Positions 58,109 through 64,000 of a stretch of 64,000 nt of DNA are shown piece after piece; positions within the stretch are counted from its first letter, which is position 1, and the number at the start of each line of letters is the position of its first letter. Source of the DNA: an uncultured Eubacteriales bacterium (GTDB lineage Bacteria; Bacillota; Clostridia; Lachnospirales; Lachnospiraceae); contig CASDVE010000012.1 of NCBI GenBank assembly GCA_949284175.1, positions 12,906 to 76,905 on the forward strand. The letters are read 5' to 3'. A model generated the notes under the pieces. The model worked only from the letters and a program-made list of their open reading frames with translations, had not been told where the DNA came from and did not search any database. Position numbers and translations under genes: made by a program.

Positions 58109-59120
58109 CTGCTGGTAACGTTCCTCCTACCATTCCTTTATCCAAATCGAATAAAACGGATAAATAGCCATGCAGTGCCTGTTTCATTTCTTCTCCAGCG
58201 ATATATGTAATATTGCATTTTGGAATCGCCTTTTCAGCAATCGGTGCTTTTTCAATAATGCCTTGTTCTGCTACAAGCTCTGATGCTTCTTTTGGATTCC
58301 CATTGACATAAGAAGTGCTTTCTTTTTGTTCCTCCATAAAGGTATCAACCGCATCTTTATGCTGTTCTAAAAACTCTTTTCTTACAATGGTAACACCAGT
58401 CACAAGCTGACTTCCATTTTCTCCTTGTACGGCATTCCATTGTTCTGTCATATCCATTACTACTTGTAACTTATCGTTTTGTGCACAAGCCACTGTAACA
58501 AATGGCTGTGGAAGCAATGCAATGTCTGCTTGTCCTTGGGAAAGGGCACTGACAACTTCTGTTGCCTCTGATTTATATTCTAAGTTTACATCCTCTAACC
58601 CTAAACCATGTTCTTTTAACAAATATTGCAATGTATAATCTGGAGTATTTCCTTTTCCTGTCAAAACAATTGTCTTTCCTTTTAAAGATTCAATGGTTGT
58701 TAAACTGCTATCCGTAGAAACCATGTAAAGCACTCCAAGGGTATTAATATCGATCACTTGAACCGCTTTATCCATCTTATTATACCAAATACTTGCTACA
58801 TTGGCTGGAATTAAAGCAATATCCAAATCACCTTTTAAAATACCTGCCATCAGTCCATCTGCTCCAGCTTCCATTGTAAACTCATAGTTTCCCTTTGCCT
58901 CTTGTTTCTTTGCCTTTTCCATAAGAGAAACAAGACCAATGGACGTTGGTCCTTTTAAAGAACCCACCTTTATTGTCACATCATCAACTGGATTTTGATT
59001 TTCTGTATCGTTTGTTGTATTTGTTGCTTCTTCACTTTTCTCACTGGCTGTACCACAGCCAACAAGTGCTATGGAAATGACGAAGATCATCACCATAAAA
59101 AACGCTATCAATTTCTTCAT
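58086..59120 (-). CDS. ABC transporter substrate-binding lipoprotein (NMT1/THI5-like)
   Basis: Lipobox LVGCG, a Thr/Asn/Glu-rich linker, then a type-2 periplasmic binding fold. Confidence 0.7.
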   Translation of the reverse strand: MKKLIAFFMVMIFVISIALVGCGTASEKSEEATNTTNDTENQNPVDDVTIKVGSLKGPTSIGLVSLMEKAKKQEAKGNYEFTMEAGADGLMAGILKGDLDIALIPANVASIWYNKMDKAVQVIDINTLGVLYMVSTDSSLTTIESLKGKTIVLTGKGNTPDYTLQYLLKEHGLGLEDVNLEYKSEATEVVSALSQGQADIALLPQPFVTVACAQNDKLQVVMDMTEQWNAVQGENGSQLVTGVTIVRKEFLEQHKDAVDTFMEEQKESTSYVNGNPKEASELVAEQGIIEKAPIAEKAIPKCNITYIAGEEMKQALHGYLSVLFDLDKGMVGGTLPADDFYYIQ

Positions 59121-59224
59121 ATCCTTCCTCCTGATAAAGTAATACTATATTTCCTAAATTTCAATTCCTACTTTACCACTCGGCTTTTATTCCGTCAACT
59201 ATTGTACATCATTTTATACATAGA

Positions 59225-60118
59225 TTACTGATTTTCCTCTTCTTCTCTTGAATCTCCAAAGAAAAAGAGAGCCACTGTTCCAGGACCTGTATGAGAGCCG
59301 ATGACTGCTCCAATATCAAAAATTTCCACTCTACCGTTTAAATTTTCGAATTTTTCCTCTATCATGTTGGCAACTTTTCTCGCCTCTTCATATCGTGCAG
59401 AATGGGAGATAAAACATTTTTTGCTATAATTTAATCCATCTTGTGCGTGCTGTTCCATCATAGCAACCATCTCTTTCATCACTTTCTTTCCCCGAACTTT
59501 TCGTCTTGGAATCAGTTTTCCTTCTTTATCTACATTTAAAAGGGGACAAATATTTAATAAGTTTCCAAAGGTAGCAGCAGTAGGCGAGATTCTTCCTCCT
59601 CTTTTAAAATGAGTCAAATCATTGGAATAAAACCAGTGATGAATACAAAGTTTATTCTCATTTGCCCACGTTACCGCTTCTTCAAAGGACATACCACCCT
59701 CTCTTTTTTCATATAGACTATCCACTAACATCCCATAGCCAGAAGAAGCCCCTAAAGAATCAATCACTTCTATCTTTCTATCTGGATATTCTTCTTGTAG
59801 CTCTTCTTTTGCAATTCTGGCTGAATTATAAGTGCCAGAAATTCCGCTGGATAAACTAATATGTAGCACATCATGCCCTTCTTCTAATATTGGGCGAAAA
59901 AAATCCTTGTATTCTTCTGCATTAATCTGAGAAGTTACCGGCATAGCTCCCTTCTCAATGCGATCATAAAATTCTCGTGGCGGTATACTATATCCTAAGT
60001 CATCTAAATATTCTTTCCCATCCATTTGAAAATGAAAGGGAATATAAGGAATCTTTCGCTCCTTTAAATACTGTACTTCTAAATCCACTGTGGAACAGCA
60101 GGTAATGATATAATTCAT
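59225..60118 (-). CDS. DegV-family fatty-acid-binding protein
   Basis: MNYIITCCSTVDL...TSQIN...GPGTVALFF pattern. ATG at 60118 lies 7 nt after GGAGGG. Confidence 0.85.
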   Translation of the reverse strand: MNYIITCCSTVDLEVQYLKERKIPYIPFHFQMDGKEYLDDLGYSIPPREFYDRIEKGAMPVTSQINAEEYKDFFRPILEEGHDVLHISLSSGISGTYNSARIAKEELQEEYPDRKIEVIDSLGASSGYGMLVDSLYEKREGGMSFEEAVTWANENKLCIHHWFYSNDLTHFKRGGRISPTAATFGNLLNICPLLNVDKEGKLIPRRKVRGKKVMKEMVAMMEQHAQDGLNYSKKCFISHSARYEEARKVANMIEEKFENLNGRVEIFDIGAVIGSHTGPGTVALFFFGDSREEEENQ

Positions 60119-60331
60119 TTTCAAACCCTCCAGTCTAGGTACTACTATGGTATTATTTGCTACCACTGATTTATAGAATAATCATATACTGATTGTTTTT
60201 TCTTGTCAAATGCTATATGAAATCTCTGCTTTTACCAGTTCCCTTGTAAAAAAACATATAAATTTTTTATATATTTTGTGAAAATAATAGAATATCTGAT
60301 TTGTCATTAATAATTTTTAACAATGACCTGC

Positions 60332-60381
60332 ATTGACAGTCTTTTCATACACTTCTATAATTAAGATAAAAGACTGTCAAT
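60332..60381. promoter_or_regulatory. Perfect 14-bp inverted repeat embracing the FUSC gene promoter
   Basis: ATTGACAGTCTTTT (60332-60345) and AAAAGACTGTCAAT (60368-60381). TTGACA, a 17-nt spacer and TATAAT lie inside the element. Confidence 0.55.
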
Positions 60382-60418
60382 AACAGACAGCCTTTATAAT
60401 AGAAAAGAGGGCTTGCTT

Positions 60419-62407
60419 ATGATAAAACAATTTAATCTGAATGACTTTTTGATGGCAACAAAAAGGAAATGGATTCCGGCCTTTCCAACTATTTTTGTTT
60501 CCATCTTTATTTTTTTGACTGTTTTAAAGGGTTTTGGAATCCGTTACGTCATCCTTACTTCCTTTTTAACCTTATTATTTCAGACAAGGCGACTGCAAGA
60601 TTTTCGTCCTAGAGCGATATTGAAAACTTGTATTATTATGTACCTTGTGTGCATAGGTGCATTTCTTGCTACCCGCAGCCTTTTCACGTGTATCATCTTT
60701 AATTTTTTTATCCCATTCTTCGTGGTTGTACTGTTAACAGATAAGTTCAATCCAAAGGCGTATTTTGTCTATGGAATGGAATTTGTCTTTTTACAACTGA
60801 CACCAATTACCGCTAAGGATCTTCCAAAGCAACTGCTCGCCTTAACTTATGGGATGACAATTGTGGTTATCGCACTCTATCTTTTTTCAAAATTAATTAA
60901 GCGAAAACGGCACTATGGAACCGTCCGAAAAGGAATGAAAAATTTGTCAATCCAACTTGAAAAACTGCTTTGTGGAGAAGATTTTTCTTCAGATTCCACA
61001 GCCCTTACACAAATGATGTATCATATGAATCAAGTGATTTACTCTTCAAGAAATTATACATATCTTGCAACCGGTTATGGAAAAATCAACTACTATTTCA
61101 TGTTGCTCTTTCAAAGATTCCAGTATTTTATGCACCATTTTTCCAGAAAAGAACTTGTGATTACAGAAGAAGATCGGACTTATTTTTTAAAACTTATTCA
61201 TATTTTCTCTTCCATTGAAAAGGAAATGAATCCATCGGATAACCAGAAACTCAATCAACAACTCAACGACTTCATAGAAAACCATGCACTTTCTTCCAAA
61301 AAGGCTACGGAAGCGATGAACCAAATTTTATCCATTCTCATCTACGCCCTTTCCACTATCACAATGGTTTCTATGCACCGTCCTGAAAAGGATTGGAAAG
61401 TTCCTTCCTCTTCTAATTGGAAAACAATTATCCTTTCCTTCTTTCAACTGGATCGGTTTCAAATTCGGTTTGCCTTACGACTTGCTGTTGTCCTTTGTAT
61501 TTCATTCACTTTTTGTTTCGCCACAAAACTAAACCATGCCTATTGGTATCCAATGAGTGCTTTTCTCATGCTCATGCCGTATGCAGAAGAGAGTCGAATG
61601 AAGATCAGTAACCGTATTATTGGAACTTGTATTGGACTTTGTATCACCTTTATACTGACTGGAATTTTCACAAGTTTAAACAGTCATATCGTTATTATTT
61701 TAATTATGACTTGTTTTATGTATGCAGCTCCAATCACTTCTTGGACACTAACTATGTATACCACTTGTTATGGTATGTCATTAACTACCTTAATGCTTGA
61801 TCGAGAAGAGGCGATTCTCCTTCGCTTGCTCTACGTCGGTTTAGCAGCCATCACCACAATTCTTGCTAATCATTTTCTTCTTCCAAACACAGCAGAATCT
61901 GAGTTTAAGAAAAGTGTAAATGCTCTCTTTGACATTGATGTCCAACTAATAAAGGAACTTCAAAAATGGCAAACCGGCAAACCCGATATGGATGTATTTC
62001 GTGATCTCATCGTGCATTCTAATTTGATGTCCAATGAAATTCAAACCTATATGAATCAAAATATGTCAGCGGAAGAAAAAGACTTCTATAAACAACTGCT
62101 CCCGATCAATCGCCAATTGGTTTCTGAAATGGAACAGTTGAACTCGTACTTAAATAAGCGAAAAGATCAGTTGGATCTTAATAACAACTTGCTATTCAAT
62201 CAATTATTCCAAAATCTTGCAGACGCCACAAAACGTATTCGTGTGAGTTATACAACAAACCAGCTTAACGGTTCTATTATGATGGACAAAAATCTTCATA
62301 CCTTTGGACCATTAGACGATAACCTGTACTTTAACACACTTGCCTTTAACTGTATGAGAACGACGAACCATCTCATCGAACTCTCTACCATGCGTCCGGC
62401 AAGCTAA
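60419..62407 (+). CDS. FUSC-family (aromatic-acid-exporter-like) membrane protein
   Basis: Two hydrophobic multi-TM blocks separated and followed by helical soluble regions; about 660 aa. Confidence 0.6.
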   Translation: MIKQFNLNDFLMATKRKWIPAFPTIFVSIFIFLTVLKGFGIRYVILTSFLTLLFQTRRLQDFRPRAILKTCIIMYLVCIGAFLATRSLFTCIIFNFFIPFFVVVLLTDKFNPKAYFVYGMEFVFLQLTPITAKDLPKQLLALTYGMTIVVIALYLFSKLIKRKRHYGTVRKGMKNLSIQLEKLLCGEDFSSDSTALTQMMYHMNQVIYSSRNYTYLATGYGKINYYFMLLFQRFQYFMHHFSRKELVITEEDRTYFLKLIHIFSSIEKEMNPSDNQKLNQQLNDFIENHALSSKKATEAMNQILSILIYALSTITMVSMHRPEKDWKVPSSSNWKTIILSFFQLDRFQIRFALRLAVVLCISFTFCFATKLNHAYWYPMSAFLMLMPYAEESRMKISNRIIGTCIGLCITFILTGIFTSLNSHIVIILIMTCFMYAAPITSWTLTMYTTCYGMSLTTLMLDREEAILLRLLYVGLAAITTILANHFLLPNTAESEFKKSVNALFDIDVQLIKELQKWQTGKPDMDVFRDLIVHSNLMSNEIQTYMNQNMSAEEKDFYKQLLPINRQLVSEMEQLNSYLNKRKDQLDLNNNLLFNQLFQNLADATKRIRVSYTTNQLNGSIMMDKNLHTFGPLDDNLYFNTLAFNCMRTTNHLIELSTMRPAS

Positions 62408-62525
62408 AACGATGAGAAAAAGAGCGATGAAAGAAACTTCACCGCTCTTTTTCCATATAAAAAAATAGAACTTATCCAGCATTTTCATCCTTTCATGCTT
62501 AAATAAGTTCTATTTATCTTATTTT

Positions 62526-63269
62526 TTATTTTTCATTTAATAATATTTTTTTAAGTTTCCTCAAATCCATCTCCATAAGAGTATAGGTGCTTTCCAGCTT
62601 ATGTAATTGTACATCTGGTGATAAGTTAGAATGAATGTAAAAAGAGTCCATTCCAACCCTCTTTGCACCTTCAATATCCGTTTGAGCATCATTGCCTATC
62701 ATAAGGCATTGTTCAATATCCAGATTATATGTGGCTAATAAAATTTCAAATAAATGGGTATGAGGCTTTCTACACTCATATTTAGAAGAAATGAAAATAT
62801 CATCAAAACAAGTGTAGATTCCGAGTTTTTTTAATTCTGGTAATGCAAAAACTTCTTGTGCATTGGAAAGAAGGTAAATCCTTTTTCCATGTTGCTTTAA
62901 TGATAAAAGCAATTCCTTTGCTCCATCATAAAGCCTGATATATTCTGTGGAAAGTCTTCTAAAAAGCATTCCTGCTTTCATGCTTGTTAAAAGATCAGCT
63001 TGTACACCTTTTCGCCCAAATAGCCGTTGAAACACATATTCTATTTTTATTTCTGGGTACATTTCATAAGGACATCCTGCTTGTTCCTCGGCTACAAGAC
63101 TCAGGAAATTTTCCTTTAGTTCTCTTGGTGTGTAACTTGCTCCTTGCTCTTCATAAAAAAGAGCCAATTCTTTCCATACCTGTGTTTTATCTTCCTCTGT
63201 GTGAATATCTATCAGTGTCCCGTATAGATCAAAAATATAATTTTTATACTGTTTTTCTTCGTATCTCAT
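62526..63269 (-). CDS. HAD-superfamily hydrolase (subfamily IA-like)
   Basis: IFDLYGTLID motif I, LSNA motif II, GNDAQTDIEGA motif III/IV. Confidence 0.8.
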   Translation of the reverse strand: MRYEEKQYKNYIFDLYGTLIDIHTEEDKTQVWKELALFYEEQGASYTPRELKENFLSLVAEEQAGCPYEMYPEIKIEYVFQRLFGRKGVQADLLTSMKAGMLFRRLSTEYIRLYDGAKELLLSLKQHGKRIYLLSNAQEVFALPELKKLGIYTCFDDIFISSKYECRKPHTHLFEILLATYNLDIEQCLMIGNDAQTDIEGAKRVGMDSFYIHSNLSPDVQLHKLESTYTLMEMDLRKLKKILLNEK

Positions 63270-63408
63270 ATTTTATCTCCCACAAAAAGTATTTTCTATC
63301 TGATAATAGAATAATTTTTTCATATTTTCAACAAGAAAATCATGGCAATCCTCCACTTCCATCTATTTTTTATTGGAACTGCCTTTGTGAGAAATAAAGT
63401 TATATTTT

Positions 63409-64000
63409 CTATCTTTCGGTTTCTAACTGCTCTAGTTGTTCTCCATTGGTTTTAATCACATTTTGATACCAGTAAAAACTGTCCTTCTTAATTCTCCTTA
63501 AATCTTTTACATCATGATCGTCTCGATTCACGTAAACAAATCCATATCTCTTTTTAAATCCTTGATGAGAACTTAATAAATCAATCACTGACCACGGACA
63601 ATAGCCAAAAAGCTCTACACCATCTTCTATTACAAGCTGACAAACTTTGATATGCTCTTTTAAATAGGCGATTCGGTACTCGTCATGAACTCTTTCATCT
63701 TCTGTTAAGGTATCTGCCATTCCAAGTCCATTCTCTGCAATAATCATAGGAAGATGATACCTTTGGTAATACTCATTTAACACAATGCGAAGCCCCATGG
63801 GATCAATTTGTGCTCCATATTCACTGGCTTGTAAGTTTTCATTTTTCTCATCACGACAATAGCCATATTGGTCAAAATCCACTTCATTTCCTCGATACAC
63901 ACGACTTCCCATTGGATGTTTCTCATCCGCTGGCAAATAACTAGAACAAAGGGTTCGATAGTAATTGACACCAATAAAATCCATTTTGGCACTCTTTAAT
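63409..64000 (-). CDS. Glycoside hydrolase family 1 (beta-glucosidase/6-phospho-beta-glucosidase), C-terminal part; gene continues beyond the window end
   Basis: FIGVNYY, IIAENGLG (nucleophile region) and CPWSVIDLLS motifs. The reading frame is open to position 64000. Confidence 0.85.
   Translation of the reverse strand, partial: LKSAKMDFIGVNYYRTLCSSYLPADEKHPMGSRVYRGNEVDFDQYGYCRDEKNENLQASEYGAQIDPMGLRIVLNEYYQRYHLPMIIAENGLGMADTLTEDERVHDEYRIAYLKEHIKVCQLVIEDGVELFGYCPWSVIDLLSSHQGFKKRYGFVYVNRDDHDVKDLRRIKKDSFYWYQNVIKTNGEQLEQLETER

Noticed and set aside
60332-60381. Possibility that the 14-bp inverted repeats define an invertible promoter (inverton).
   Set aside because: The segment between the arms is only 22 nt and there is no nearby recombinase gene. 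Inversion of so short a segment is implausible, so I kept it only as an operator or hairpin candidate.
63270-63408. Seven-codon mini-ORF (MIFLLKI) with GGAGG upstream, in the leader of the HAD hydrolase gene.
   Set aside because: It is too short and has no associated attenuator structure, so it is most likely fortuitous.
1-64000. CRISPR arrays, rRNA or tRNA genes, group II introns and large structured ncRNAs.
   Set aside because: There are no regularly spaced direct repeats and no tRNA-like T-arm or acceptor patterns in intergenic DNA. No non-coding gap exceeds about 500 nt, and the largest (12027-12532) is explained by the T-box leader and its promoter.

Overview
This window looks like a low-GC Firmicutes chromosome segment (Clostridia, Lachnospiraceae-like gene content). 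It is densely coding and mostly on the minus strand. I support about 57 protein genes and found no rRNA, tRNA, CRISPR array, integrase or transposase.

Gene content in window order:
- recJ, then a SCIFF RiPP cassette. The 46-aa precursor scfA is too short for the ORF track. It sits with its radical-SAM/SPASM maturase scfB and a small membrane protein.
- A phosphoesterase / NUDIX / PHP group and a Big_2 secreted protein.
- A PF04392-type ABC importer behind a well-resolved tryptophan (UGG) T-box leader.
- A clearly more A+T-rich two-gene type II restriction-modification insert.
- yajC-tgt-aroC, an S1-domain protein and an HD-GYP response regulator.
- An ABC ATPase with a fused ABC-2/GldG-like permease.
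- An XRE-cupin regulator followed by potA-potB and a fused potC-potD gene.
- Threonine-aldolase-like, PAP2, DMT and flavoprotein-pair genes, then mscS and glgB.
- DUF1015, a GGDEF protein, asd, serA-serC and ilvB-ilvD-leuB. A large LRR surface-protein gene sits directly in front of leuB.
- LysR, DUF378, and feoA-feoA-feoB plus a hidden 58-aa Cys-rich peptide, with a divergent DtxR-family regulator and three DtxR-like operators.
- A CofE-like ligase, YitT, an NMT1-type ABC importer, DegV, FUSC, HAD and a partial GH1 glycosidase.

I did not find an unambiguous, wholly new multi-gene system. The best second-look candidates are:
- the SCIFF cassette and its structured scfA-scfB spacer;
- the AT-rich R-M insert, whose nuclease partner is unassigned;
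- the ABC/GldG-like module next to the HD-GYP regulator;
- the LRR-leuB linkage;
- the Feo locus small peptide and internal operator.
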